A stretch of DNA of 46,796 bases, from the sequence record SRR20825010_478. One strand, 5' to 3'. Below are positions 1-9,598 of this stretch, one piece after another; position 1 is the first letter of the stretch, and every line of letters starts with the position of its first letter. Below the pieces are notes generated by a model. The model was given only the letters and a program-made list of their open reading frames with translations, was not told the origin of the DNA and searched no databases. The position numbers and the translations under genes were made by a program.

Positions 1-2
1 TA

Positions 3-29
3 CCCGATCATTCCTGCCGACCTGCTTAG
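3..29 (-). repeat. Copy 1 of a ~27-bp dispersed intergenic repeat (reverse complement CTAAGCAGGTCGGCAGGAATGATCGGG)
   Basis: Reverse complement matches 37401-37427 at 25/27 positions; intergenic; may extend beyond the window edge. Confidence 0.85.
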
Positions 30-135
30 CAGGCGGTTGATTGAGTCACCCGGAACGCGATAGCGTCCAGTTCGTCTCCGGTAACCGTCGGCGAGCGTCC
101 GTCGACTGAGCTTTCGATCTGAGAAACGTTCTGCT

Positions 136-780
136 TCAAAAGTCTGCTAGTATTTCAGCGATTGTCGATGCCAGTGCGGTACCGAGTGCTTGATGTTGTT
201 CTTGATCGAGATGGACTCCGTCGATCACACTTGTTGTGGTGGCCGTGGCCGCATCGAAGAATTCGCAGGAGTGTTCTGTTGAGACCTTGCGAATCGCATC
301 TGCGAGTCCCGTCGATTTCATGCCCGCGTCTTGGAACTTCGCCGCCATATCAAATTTCGGGTGGTGAACCGCCGGTGGTGCGACAAGCAGGATTTTCGGT
401 GTCGGCATTCCTGGTTCGATAGGGGAGCGACGGATCGCGTCGACAAGCAGTGCGAGTCCTTGTGCCGATTGCTCGGCATGGAATTCGTGGACGGACTGAA
501 AATCGTTGGTCCCCAGAAAGAGCACGACGAGTGACAGAGGTGAATTGATTTCGATCCGTTGCTGCAAACCATCTAGGCCATTGCGTCCGGGTTTGATTGG
601 ATCTTCCAAGACGGTTCGTCGGCCATTGAGGCAGTCTTCGATGACACGGGCATCGATTCCAGTTTGTCGCAGTTCAATCTCCATGACGCCCGGCCAACGC
701 TGATGGAACGCGAAGCGACGACGCGTGCCGGGAATGATTCCCCAACTGAGAGAATCGCCATAGACGAGGATTGCATGCAT
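136..780 (-). CDS. SGNH/GDSL hydrolase (arylesterase/acyltransferase-like)
   Basis: Block I GDSLSWG, block III LGTND, block V DGVH; 214 aa; starts 10 nt after the stop of the upstream gene. Confidence 0.92.
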   Translation of the reverse strand: MHAILVYGDSLSWGIIPGTRRRFAFHQRWPGVMEIELRQTGIDARVIEDCLNGRRTVLEDPIKPGRNGLDGLQQRIEINSPLSLVVLFLGTNDFQSVHEFHAEQSAQGLALLVDAIRRSPIEPGMPTPKILLVAPPAVHHPKFDMAAKFQDAGMKSTGLADAIRKVSTEHSCEFFDAATATTTSVIDGVHLDQEQHQALGTALASTIAEILADF

Positions 781-790
781 TTGGGGCCTG

Positions 791-2971
791 TCAGTTGTTC
801 CAAAGGTCTTCGTACTTGGAACGCAGGTTCGTTTCGGCTGGGGTTCCGATCGATTTGTAAGCGTCCCAGGCGGGTTTGGCCGCGCCGCGTGGTTGCTCAG
901 GAGAACCCAGCCCGCGCAGGCCTAGATGCAGGCCTCCTTCGTTGCGATTGTCGACGGGGCGGTGATAGTCGAGTGCGAGAATCGATTTGCACTTGCGAAT
1001 CTGTTCGAACGTGTAGAGCACCGCAGCGGCTTGTTGTTCCAACGCTTCCGGATCGTTTTCGGACGCATGGAAACCTTGTTCGCTGAGCAATACGGCACGC
1101 ACGTTGCCCTCGGGATCACGCAAGCGTTTGGCGTGCAACCAATCGTCGAGCACCTGCCAGTTTTTAAGCGTGAACATACTGGCGTCGAGCGAGAATTCAA
1201 CGTTGTCGTTCCAAGTGTCCGATTCCCACAAACTTTCGGGGTAGGGATGATGGGCCAATCCCCACGGAAAATTGCCATCGACTTCACCGTGGCGGACGAG
1301 TGCCTGCATGATGTCTTTGGACCTGTACCACCGCCAATGTGGTGGATCTTCTAGGTTCCAGTGGTGTGTCAACGAAATGAAGGTGCGAGCGTGTGGATTG
1401 ATGCGCCGAGTCGCGGCATCGACCAGACGCATCGAGCGAAAGTAGTGGTCAAGGTAGATGTGCATGGGGACTTCGCCCATGTTCGTCCATTGCCAACCGG
1501 CGTCAATTTCGTTGTGGACGATCCAGTGATCGATTCGAAGACTGCCTTCGCTGTAGCGGTCGGCGAGAAAGTCGAGCGTGTCAGCGTACAGTTGAGCGGA
1601 TGCTTCGTCAGTCAGGTTCGGCATCGTGTAGGTGCCAGCAGGATCTGCGTCGGGATGCTCCAAACTGGGAGCATCCTCGGTCGACTTGGTTTGTGAATTG
1701 GGGATCAACAAGATCGCAGCCATCACCAAACCGGCGTCACGTCCTTTCGCAACGCGGTGGTCGAGGTTGCGCACGGCGGCTTGGTTGACGTAACGTTCTT
1801 TCCCGCGAATTTTCGTTGGGTGATAGCCGGGGCGCGGCGTCGGCGAGACCAGATTGCTCAGAACGAGGTTGACCGAACCGTGGGCCAGCCCGAGTTCCTC
1901 GACGTGTTCGGGCGCCAACTCGGCCAGGCAAGTCATTCCTTTGGCGGCTCGCAGCTTGGGAGTCGGAGCAAGCTGTTTGGCCTCTGCTGCGTCGTAGCGA
2001 TCGACGTGGTGGACGGCGGAATACGGAGTCGTGGATCGTGTTCCATCCGAGTTGAGTTGGCTGGAAATCGACACAATTTGCCAGCGAAGCCCGGTGTTTC
2101 GAAGCGTCGAGTGTTTGTCGACTGGGATACGGACCATGAAGTTTCCGTCCGCATCAATTCTTACCGGGCGTAGGAACGTGGTTGAATGCACCTTCGCAGG
2201 TAAGGCGGAAATGTCAGTCAGACCCCGAGCGATCAGGCTGAGGTTGGCCGTCGATAGTTGTCCGACCGCTTTTCCCGAAACGAGGATCGCGTCGGCGGCG
2301 TGCTCCACTCGCGTGATTTCGATCGGGAACTGCGTTTGGTAGTAAGAGGCGATCTGTTCGTTCAGTCGTTCGAGTCGCTTGACCCGTTCTTCTCTTTCCT
2401 GATTTTGACGCAGCTCGAGATCGTTTTCTAAACGCAGGACGATATTCTGTATTTGAAACCGTTTGTCAGCTTGGTTTCCGAAATCAAGTCGCAACCAAAG
2501 TGGCTTGTCCTCCCGCAAAAACTCATGGCCGAGAGAGAGGTCGCACGTGTAAGTGGTCCAACCTTCTGCGCGGCTCAAATGTGGCAAATCGATTCGGCGT
2601 TTTTCACTCCAAGGTTGTCCGTAGAACAGTTGCATGTTCTGGATGCCGTGGGGACAGAACACTTCCATCGCCAAAATCCAACGTCGTTCATTGGCGGGCG
2701 TCGGCGGGATTTGAAAGACAATGAACGGATCATTGCCGTTGGTTCGGAACGCGATGGCGTCGTCTGCAGGTTCCATCTCCAGGTGTTTGAGCTGCACTTG
2801 CTCGCTGGAAAACGAAATTGTTCGCGGCTCGACGGCGGTTGGGGATTGGGAAGCCGCGAGCGAAGTGAATAGGGGACTCAAGGCCAAGCAAACCAAAATT
2901 GGCAGCACGTCACGAACCAAGGGCGTGAAACATTTTCTTTGGCGAGCAAACCAATAGGAAGAACGATTCAT
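791..2971 (-). CDS. Secreted DUF5722-like protein with a putative clan GH-A glycoside hydrolase TIM barrel
   Basis: Start moved to ATG 2971 (MNRSSYWF...), followed by a hydrophobic signal-like stretch; this removes the overlap with the porin. C-terminal WIVHNEID, HHPYP and LLSEQG motifs. Confidence 0.75.
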   Translation of the reverse strand: MNRSSYWFARQRKCFTPLVRDVLPILVCLALSPLFTSLAASQSPTAVEPRTISFSSEQVQLKHLEMEPADDAIAFRTNGNDPFIVFQIPPTPANERRWILAMEVFCPHGIQNMQLFYGQPWSEKRRIDLPHLSRAEGWTTYTCDLSLGHEFLREDKPLWLRLDFGNQADKRFQIQNIVLRLENDLELRQNQEREERVKRLERLNEQIASYYQTQFPIEITRVEHAADAILVSGKAVGQLSTANLSLIARGLTDISALPAKVHSTTFLRPVRIDADGNFMVRIPVDKHSTLRNTGLRWQIVSISSQLNSDGTRSTTPYSAVHHVDRYDAAEAKQLAPTPKLRAAKGMTCLAELAPEHVEELGLAHGSVNLVLSNLVSPTPRPGYHPTKIRGKERYVNQAAVRNLDHRVAKGRDAGLVMAAILLIPNSQTKSTEDAPSLEHPDADPAGTYTMPNLTDEASAQLYADTLDFLADRYSEGSLRIDHWIVHNEIDAGWQWTNMGEVPMHIYLDHYFRSMRLVDAATRRINPHARTFISLTHHWNLEDPPHWRWYRSKDIMQALVRHGEVDGNFPWGLAHHPYPESLWESDTWNDNVEFSLDASMFTLKNWQVLDDWLHAKRLRDPEGNVRAVLLSEQGFHASENDPEALEQQAAAVLYTFEQIRKCKSILALDYHRPVDNRNEGGLHLGLRGLGSPEQPRGAAKPAWDAYKSIGTPAETNLRSKYEDLWNN

Positions 2972-3245
2972 TCGAAGGAGGGGATTTTGTGGGGCGGGAA
3001 TTCGGCGGCGAAGGAGGGAGAGACCGCCGTCGGGGAGGTGTGTTTGTTCCGATTGTAACGGTTCGACGCAGCGGTCTACATCCGAGTGGTGGTCATGTCG
3101 ACTTTGATCATCGGAGCGAAACGAAGCAACAAACCTTGTGGGACGGTTATCCGGGACGCAAGGCTTGCATCGAAAGAAGTGACTTCCAATCAAAGGCGGA
3201 TGGATGACAGGGCAAGTGGTCGGAAAAACACGCGGGAAAAATGAA

Positions 3246-4718
3246 ATGGCATTCCGCGATGTCACTTTGCAAATCGTCGTGATCTTGGGGGCGTTGTTCA
3301 GCGTTCAGGTGACGGTAGCAGGCGGACAGGACAACATGGTCTTGGGAAGTGGGATCACGAACCAGCCGACCACCGCCACTGAGTTGGGAGTCCCCTTTTC
3401 AGAGAGTTCCTTGGATGCAAACGGCGCGGGTGATGCGTCGGATGAAGTGGCATCAGAACTGGCTCGGTTGCAGGCTCAGATCGATGAGCTGAAACAAGCG
3501 TCCAAAATCTCCCAAGAGCCGATCTACGTCTATCCGGAGGAGTCTCCCGCAATGGCTTGCAGTCCTCCTGAGGTGAGCAAGTTTCCCACCGTGCGGCTGA
3601 CCGGCTTCTTCCAAGCCGACACTGCCTGGTTCCATCAAAGCGAACGAAACATTGCGGCAGTGGGCGACGCGGAAGATGGTTCGGACTTTCGACGAGCTCG
3701 ATTGGCCGCAGTTGGCAACGTTTGGGAAAACGTTGCTTATTCGCTCGAGATGGACTTTGGCTTCCCTGGCCGTCCCAGTTTCATGGACGTTTGGGTCGAC
3801 ATGGAAGATGTGATCGGGAGTGCCAATCTACGGGTTGGCCAATTTCGTCAACCGATCGGAATGGAAGGACTGACCAGTGTGAAAGAACTGACGTTCTTGG
3901 AACGTTCGTTGCCGTTTGCCTTGATCCCGTTCCGTCAGGTGGGGGCGGTTGCCTATGGAACCGCGTCGGACGACTTGATGACTTGGGCGGTCAGTGGCTT
4001 CCGATTCCCCACCGATGTCTATGGGGGCAGTGTCGGCGAGAACGGTGGTTACGGAACCGCCGCCCGTGTGACTGGGTTGCTGGTCGATCGCGAACCGGGC
4101 AACGTTCGTTTTCACGTCGGTGGAGCTTACAGCTTCATCGATCCTTCGAACGATTTGTTTCAATACCGCAGCCAGCCCGAAGTGTTTGTCAGCGAAACCG
4201 GTGGCGGAGTCCCTGCTGCCGTGGCCGTGAACACACCCTTCTTCGTTGATACCGGAATCATCGACGCGGAGCACACCAATTTGTTTGGTGCGGAACTCGC
4301 CGCGTCGGCCGGATCCTTCTACGCCCAATCGGAATACTTGGTCAGCGTTGTGGATCAGATCGGCGGACCAACCGTCGCACTGCCGGGCGCCTATGCCTAC
4401 GCCGGCTATTTCCTAACTGGCGAACAACGTTCGTATGACAAGAAGAACGGAGTCTTCGGTGACGTGGTACCGAACTGCAGCGTCGGCAAAGATGGCGGCA
4501 TCGGTGCTTGGGAACTGGCCGTTCGCTATTCCTATCTCGACTTCAACGATGCAAACGTGCAAGGCGGTCGTTTGAGCGACATCACGGCAGGAGTCAACTG
4601 GCACTGGAACCCACACACCAAGTTCCAACTGAACTACATCCACGCGATGTTAGACAGCCCGGTCAATGGCGACAGTGACGCCAGCATCTTTGCCATGCGA
4701 GCTCACCTCGATTTTTAG
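3246..4718 (+). CDS. OprO/OprP family phosphate-selective porin
   Basis: Signal peptide, short coiled coil, FRRARL, LTFLERS, GAWELAVRYS, GVNWHWN and a C-terminal Phe (HLDF); ATG 3246 is the preferred start. Confidence 0.9.
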   Translation: MAFRDVTLQIVVILGALFSVQVTVAGGQDNMVLGSGITNQPTTATELGVPFSESSLDANGAGDASDEVASELARLQAQIDELKQASKISQEPIYVYPEESPAMACSPPEVSKFPTVRLTGFFQADTAWFHQSERNIAAVGDAEDGSDFRRARLAAVGNVWENVAYSLEMDFGFPGRPSFMDVWVDMEDVIGSANLRVGQFRQPIGMEGLTSVKELTFLERSLPFALIPFRQVGAVAYGTASDDLMTWAVSGFRFPTDVYGGSVGENGGYGTAARVTGLLVDREPGNVRFHVGGAYSFIDPSNDLFQYRSQPEVFVSETGGGVPAAVAVNTPFFVDTGIIDAEHTNLFGAELAASAGSFYAQSEYLVSVVDQIGGPTVALPGAYAYAGYFLTGEQRSYDKKNGVFGDVVPNCSVGKDGGIGAWELAVRYSYLDFNDANVQGGRLSDITAGVNWHWNPHTKFQLNYIHAMLDSPVNGDSDASIFAMRAHLDF

Positions 4719-4752
4719 GGTGAGATTGGATGACGACTCAAACTCTTGCGGG

Positions 4753-4773
4753 GCGATCGAGCGAGCCGATCGC
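4753..4773. terminator. Possible bidirectional hairpin between convergent porin and nadB
   Basis: GCGATCG-N7-CGATCGC inverted repeat; no strong U-tract. Confidence 0.3.
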
Positions 4774-4787
4774 AAAGTCGGATCGAT

Positions 4788-6470
4788 TCAATCGACCGTC
4801 GAGTTCGTCTGCGTTGATTCACGTGTGATCACGGGAGACGTCATTGGTTCGCCTTTTCGTGGCATGCCACCATCAACGTCGACTTGAACGCTGAGGTGGC
4901 ATCGCCAATTCTCGTCGTCCGGTTCGGGGTAATCGCTGCGAAGATGCACGCCGCGGGATTCGGTCCGTGCCAGTGCCGATGAGGCCATGCAGTGGGCGGT
5001 CAGCAATAGATTCTGAAGTTCCCAACCTTCGACGCTGTTGAATTGGTGTCGCATCACGTAAGCGGCCAACGATCGAATTTGCCCGTCGGCTTGACGGAGC
5101 CCCTCGGCATCTCTTTGAACGCCTACCAATCGACCCATCAGGCTTTTCAACGACACACGGACGTCGGCGACATCAAAGGATTCGTTGAGCGTGTGGTCTG
5201 CGTGTTGGATGCGGCGCGCAACCATTTTATGTGGGCCTTCCGCGGCGGAACGGCTGGCCGCTTCTCCGGCGTGAGCACCATAGACCAAACCTTCGAGCAA
5301 GCTGTTACTGGCCAATCGATTGGCGCCGTGCAGTCCGGAGCTGGTCGCTTCGCCCGCCGCCCACAATCCAGGCAGACTGGTTCGTCCCAACATGTCGACC
5401 CGAACGCCGCCGATCATGTAGTGAGCTCCCGGACGAACCGGGATGCGATCGGTGGCGATATCCAACCCGAACTTGCCGCAAGTCTCTGCGATGCCAGGGA
5501 AGCGAGCTCGCACATGTTCAGCGTTGAGGTGGGATAGGTCCAAGTACACGCACGGATGTGCGGTCTCGTTCATTTGATTGACAATCGATTGACTGACGAT
5601 ATCTCGAGGGGCGAGTTCACCGCGTGAATCGTAGTCGGGCATGAAGCGATGACCGGTCGCATCACGAAGGTAAGCTCCGTCGCCACGGACGGCTTCGGTG
5701 ATCAATGAACGGGACGATCCGGCGATGTACAAAACGGTCGGATGGAACTGGATGAACTCCATGTCTCTCAGTTCAACGCCGGCTCGATAAGCCAGCGAGG
5801 TTCCGTCACCCGTTGCGACTGGCGGATTGGTCGATTCGCGATAAACCTGGCCCACGCCGCCGGTGCAAAGAATCGTTTCTTTGGCCCACACCATTGTCGG
5901 GCGTCCATCGCTGGTGACGACAATCGCACCGTGGCAACGACCTTCTTGGCTGAGCAAATCGACCGTGAAGGCGTTTTCCCAGATGTCGATGTTGGCGGCT
6001 TCGCGTGAACGTGCGATCACGGCTCGCATCACTTCGCGTCCAGTCGCATCGCCCATGGCATGAACAATGCGTTCGTGGCTGTGCCCGCCTTCTCGTCCGA
6101 GAGCGAGTTCACCTTCGCTTTTGTCAAACTGGGTGCCCCAGTGGATCAGTTCTTCGATCCGACGCGGGCCTTCGTGAATGACCCTCGCGACGACGGCCGG
6201 ATCACAAAGGTTGCCACCCGCAATCAATGTGTCTCGGATATGATCGTCAAAACAATCTTCGGGATCCAAGACGCCGGCGATGCCGCCTTGTGCGTAGTTG
6301 CTGTTGGACTCACGAAGCTCGTCTTTGGTCACAACCAAAACAGACAGGTTCGGTTCCACCGCGTTGGCCGCTCGCAAACCCGCCAAACCACCGCCGATGA
6401 CCAGGACGTCTGTGAAACGATGAAGGGCTCTTCGCGAATCAAACGGCAAAAGATACCGGGGTGTGATCAT
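4788..6470 (-). CDS. nadB: L-aspartate oxidase
   Basis: GGGLAG FAD motif, SNYAQGGIA, REGGHS, QFHPT, LITEAVRG, ELAPRD, GLHGANRLASNSLLE, ESRGVH. Confidence 0.95.
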   Translation of the reverse strand: MITPRYLLPFDSRRALHRFTDVLVIGGGLAGLRAANAVEPNLSVLVVTKDELRESNSNYAQGGIAGVLDPEDCFDDHIRDTLIAGGNLCDPAVVARVIHEGPRRIEELIHWGTQFDKSEGELALGREGGHSHERIVHAMGDATGREVMRAVIARSREAANIDIWENAFTVDLLSQEGRCHGAIVVTSDGRPTMVWAKETILCTGGVGQVYRESTNPPVATGDGTSLAYRAGVELRDMEFIQFHPTVLYIAGSSRSLITEAVRGDGAYLRDATGHRFMPDYDSRGELAPRDIVSQSIVNQMNETAHPCVYLDLSHLNAEHVRARFPGIAETCGKFGLDIATDRIPVRPGAHYMIGGVRVDMLGRTSLPGLWAAGEATSSGLHGANRLASNSLLEGLVYGAHAGEAASRSAAEGPHKMVARRIQHADHTLNESFDVADVRVSLKSLMGRLVGVQRDAEGLRQADGQIRSLAAYVMRHQFNSVEGWELQNLLLTAHCMASSALARTESRGVHLRSDYPEPDDENWRCHLSVQVDVDGGMPRKGEPMTSPVITRESTQTNSTVD

Positions 6471-6594
6471 CGTCCATCCAACGGGGTAGCAAATTCGAGT
6501 GCGAGTGTTCTCGACAATTTCACAGTGTAACCAGTACGCTTCACGCTGACCGGCCCCCTGCCAAGCCGTCGTTTTTGGCTTTCATATTGAATTC

Positions 6595-7590
6595 ATGGCC
6601 AGCTATTTGTCCTCCAACGCTTCCGTCCCGCTCAACGATCCAATCCCGCCGTCTTCTGATGCGGCGATGTTGGAAGAGCCAGCCATGGACCCAGCGCTGA
6701 AATCGATTCAGCCCGGTGGTGGAGTGGTGATGACAATTGAGTTGGCGTGGGGGAGGTTTCGGCGAGCTTGGTTGAACGCGGTTCGACCCAAGTACGTGGC
6801 GAAAATGCGGGATCGTCGCCAAGGCCATCGTGGCGAGTTGCCGTTCGAGCCGGTCGATTCGCGAGACATGAAATACTATCGCAATCAAGACAGTTATTGG
6901 TGGGCTGACGCCGATGACCCGTTCCTGTGGCGAGAATCGCTTCCGTTTGTGCGGGTTGGGTTGGCCGAACTGATCATCATGACACTGGTCTCGCTCGTCC
7001 TGGCGGTCATCGCCGGGTGGTTCTGGTGGCCCCTGGCCGTTCCGTTCGTTTTGGTTGCCGCATTGGTGGCTTGGTTCTTCCGCAATCCGCGTCGCAAAGT
7101 GCCAGAAACGATCGGCACCGTTGTCTCACCCGCGGATGGAAAGTTGGTCGAGATCGTTGAAGTCGATGATCCGATCATCGGGGCCGCTGTCCGATTTGGA
7201 ATCTTTTTGTCGGTTTTCAATGTGCACGCCAACCGGATTGCGATGCCCGGCCGAGTCGTCCGGGTTCGTTATCGTCCGGGCAAATTTCTCAATGCGCTGC
7301 GTTCCGAATCGACCAAAGAAAACGAAAACATGGACGTCGAATTGGAATGTCCGGAAATCGGAGGCCGAATCGTCCGGATTCGGCAGATCACCGGCCAATT
7401 CGCGAGAAGAATTGTTTGCTGGGCTCGCGTGGGCGACGTTTTACAGCGCGGAGAAATGTTCGGAATGATTAAACTGGGATCGCGAACCGAGTTGGTGATT
7501 CCTCGCGACGAAGCCCTCGAGATCGTGGCACAAGTCGGTGAAAAGGTGTGTGCCGGCTCGACGGTGTTCGCCCGCTATCAACAAGGTTGA
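6595..7590 (+). CDS. psd: Phosphatidylserine decarboxylase proenzyme
   Basis: FFRNP, SPADG, IFLSVFNVH and GMIKLGSRT autocleavage (pyruvoyl) motif; adjacent to pssA; exact start uncertain. Confidence 0.92.
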   Translation: MASYLSSNASVPLNDPIPPSSDAAMLEEPAMDPALKSIQPGGGVVMTIELAWGRFRRAWLNAVRPKYVAKMRDRRQGHRGELPFEPVDSRDMKYYRNQDSYWWADADDPFLWRESLPFVRVGLAELIIMTLVSLVLAVIAGWFWWPLAVPFVLVAALVAWFFRNPRRKVPETIGTVVSPADGKLVEIVEVDDPIIGAAVRFGIFLSVFNVHANRIAMPGRVVRVRYRPGKFLNALRSESTKENENMDVELECPEIGGRIVRIRQITGQFARRIVCWARVGDVLQRGEMFGMIKLGSRTELVIPRDEALEIVAQVGEKVCAGSTVFARYQQG

Positions 7591-7595
7591 TCGAA

Positions 7596-8537
7596 ATGAG
7601 CGAACTGAAACCAAGATTGCCAATCCAGGACGACGACAGCGTCGATGACGAATCGGACCTCATCCAAGAGGACGGAGTCACTGAACGTTCGAAATTTGGT
7701 CGCCGACGCCGCCGTGGTAAGAAGCGACGTTTGACGCTGGCGGTGTTGCCAACTTTGTTGACGCTCGGAAATGGCGTCTGCGGTCTGGCGGCGATCGCAA
7801 TCGCTGTCAGCACAGAGTCGCTGGATTGGACGCCCGAGTCGAAGTTGTTTGCCGCTGGTTTGTTGATCTTTGGCGGCATGTTGTTTGATGCCCTGGATGG
7901 ATCAGCGGCTCGGTTGACTGGTCAAGCCAGCCGGTTCGGCGCGGAGCTGGATTCGTTGTGCGATGCGGTCACGTTCGGAGTCGCACCCGCGGTGATCGTT
8001 TGGCGGATCAGCGATGTGTTGTTGCAGCGTTTGACTTGGGGCATCGGCGTTTTGTTCGCGCTTTGCGTTCTGATCCGCTTGGCTCGTTTCAATGTCGAAA
8101 CGCCAGAGGATGACGACCACGAAGGCTTTGAAGGTTTGCCGTCGCCGGCCGCCGCAGGAACGATCGCGGCGTTTGCGATTGCGATTCCGGACCTGGCCGA
8201 CTTCTCCGTCGGTGAAGCCTATCCCGAATGGATTCATTCGATGGCCGGCCTCGCGCTGGATGCGTCGCACTATGTGATTCCGACCCTGGCTTTGGTGCTG
8301 GCGTTTTTGATGGTGTCGCGATACGAGTACCCTCACGTGTTCGCACAATTGGTTCGTGGACGGCGAGCACCGCACCAGATCGGACAGGCTTTGTTTGCGG
8401 TGGTGGGTTTGTTCCTGCTTCACTGGGTCGCTCTTCCAGTTGTGTTTTGCTATTTCGCATTTATGTCACCAATCCGATCGCTGTTGCAACGCAACTCGAA
8501 ACCCGCAACGTCGACTTCGTCGGTAGAAGGCGGATGA
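7596..8537 (+). CDS. pssA: CDP-diacylglycerol--serine O-phosphatidyltransferase
   Basis: CDP-alcohol phosphotransferase motif DALDGSAAR...FGAELDSLCDAVTFG, plus RLARFN and FEGLPSP; ATG 7596 lies 5 nt after the psd stop. Confidence 0.92.
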   Translation: MSELKPRLPIQDDDSVDDESDLIQEDGVTERSKFGRRRRRGKKRRLTLAVLPTLLTLGNGVCGLAAIAIAVSTESLDWTPESKLFAAGLLIFGGMLFDALDGSAARLTGQASRFGAELDSLCDAVTFGVAPAVIVWRISDVLLQRLTWGIGVLFALCVLIRLARFNVETPEDDDHEGFEGLPSPAAAGTIAAFAIAIPDLADFSVGEAYPEWIHSMAGLALDASHYVIPTLALVLAFLMVSRYEYPHVFAQLVRGRRAPHQIGQALFAVVGLFLLHWVALPVVFCYFAFMSPIRSLLQRNSKPATSTSSVEGG

Positions 8538-9598
8538 TCGTTCGCTGGTTGATCGGTCTGTCGTTGGGCACCCTGATCATCGCAGCGACATCGCCATGGT
8601 TTGTGCGCAGCTATGTGCCACGCACGTTCGATGACGTTCGGCAACGTGTGGTGCTCTCGCCAGGCCAAACCTATCGATGGCGAGCGGAAGGTTATGCGAC
8701 CACTTCGGTTGGGCCTCACGGGATGATGGGCAGGATCAACCTGCCACAGACCGGTGATTCACGAATCAAGATGCTCACACTTTGGGGTGATTCGCAAGCG
8801 GAAGGCGTGAGTGTCGCTGACGCCGACAAATTGTGGCGTCAGCTTGAAGATTCGCTTGGTGACTCGGCCTCGAATGGTGAACAACGTGGCGTGAAAGTGC
8901 ACGTTCTTCCGATGGCCAGCAGCGGTGATGATGCTGGCTCTTGGAGACACCAGATGCCGTTGGTTGAACAAGAGCTGAACGTCAGTGCGCACGTTCTTTT
9001 GCTTTGTGAACTGGTCGACTTGATGGGGACGGTTGAAAACTTAAGCGATCAATCCACGGTGGATTCAACGAACCTCGCCGCCACAAACAGGGTGGCGAAC
9101 TGGGTACCGGATTTTGCAATTCATGCCGGGCGAAACTTGTTGATTGACCCGCAGACGATGGAGCGTCGTCGACTGAGGTTTGGTGTTGGACCAGTTCCCA
9201 AGTATCTATCTCCGACCCAACTAGCAGTTCAAGAAGAATCGGATCGAGCCGCAGCGGAACGCCGGATCGTCGACAACCTGAACGCGATCAGCGCGGAGGC
9301 AACGAAGCCCATTTGGGTCGTCTATGCGCCTCGTTGCCCATTGATCATGGACGGGCAGCTTCGTGTGGAGGATCCGGACAGTCATCTATGGAACGTTGTC
9401 GAGCGAAATGCGGATGGGACGTCGACGAAAGTCATTGATTGTCGCGGCGCATTTCGGCATTCGGTTGCGCGCGGCGTTTACCCACACGGTTTTCACAATG
9501 GACGTTTTGGAAATGGACACCTCAACGCGGTCGGCTACCAATTGATTGCCACTGAGGTCGCGAAGCACTGGCATGAAGCTCTCGGAGTGGCCGAGTGA
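8534..9598 (+). CDS. Membrane-anchored SGNH-like protein, putative periplasmic O-acyltransferase (AlgJ/PatB-like role)
   Basis: ATGA overlap with the pssA stop; N-terminal TM helix; GDSQAEG nucleophile block and C-terminal GHLN. Confidence 0.7.
   Translation: MIVRWLIGLSLGTLIIAATSPWFVRSYVPRTFDDVRQRVVLSPGQTYRWRAEGYATTSVGPHGMMGRINLPQTGDSRIKMLTLWGDSQAEGVSVADADKLWRQLEDSLGDSASNGEQRGVKVHVLPMASSGDDAGSWRHQMPLVEQELNVSAHVLLLCELVDLMGTVENLSDQSTVDSTNLAATNRVANWVPDFAIHAGRNLLIDPQTMERRRLRFGVGPVPKYLSPTQLAVQEESDRAAAERRIVDNLNAISAEATKPIWVVYAPRCPLIMDGQLRVEDPDSHLWNVVERNADGTSTKVIDCRGAFRHSVARGVYPHGFHNGRFGNGHLNAVGYQLIATEVAKHWHEALGVAE

Noticed and set aside
2972-3265. N-terminal extension of the DUF5722 ORF overlapping the porin start
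   Set aside because: Longest-ORF artefact; downstream ATGs give signal peptides and a normal divergent gap
8228-8533. Long overlap of the SGNH ORF with pssA
   Set aside because: ATG 8534 gives an ATGA coupling and an N-terminal TM helix
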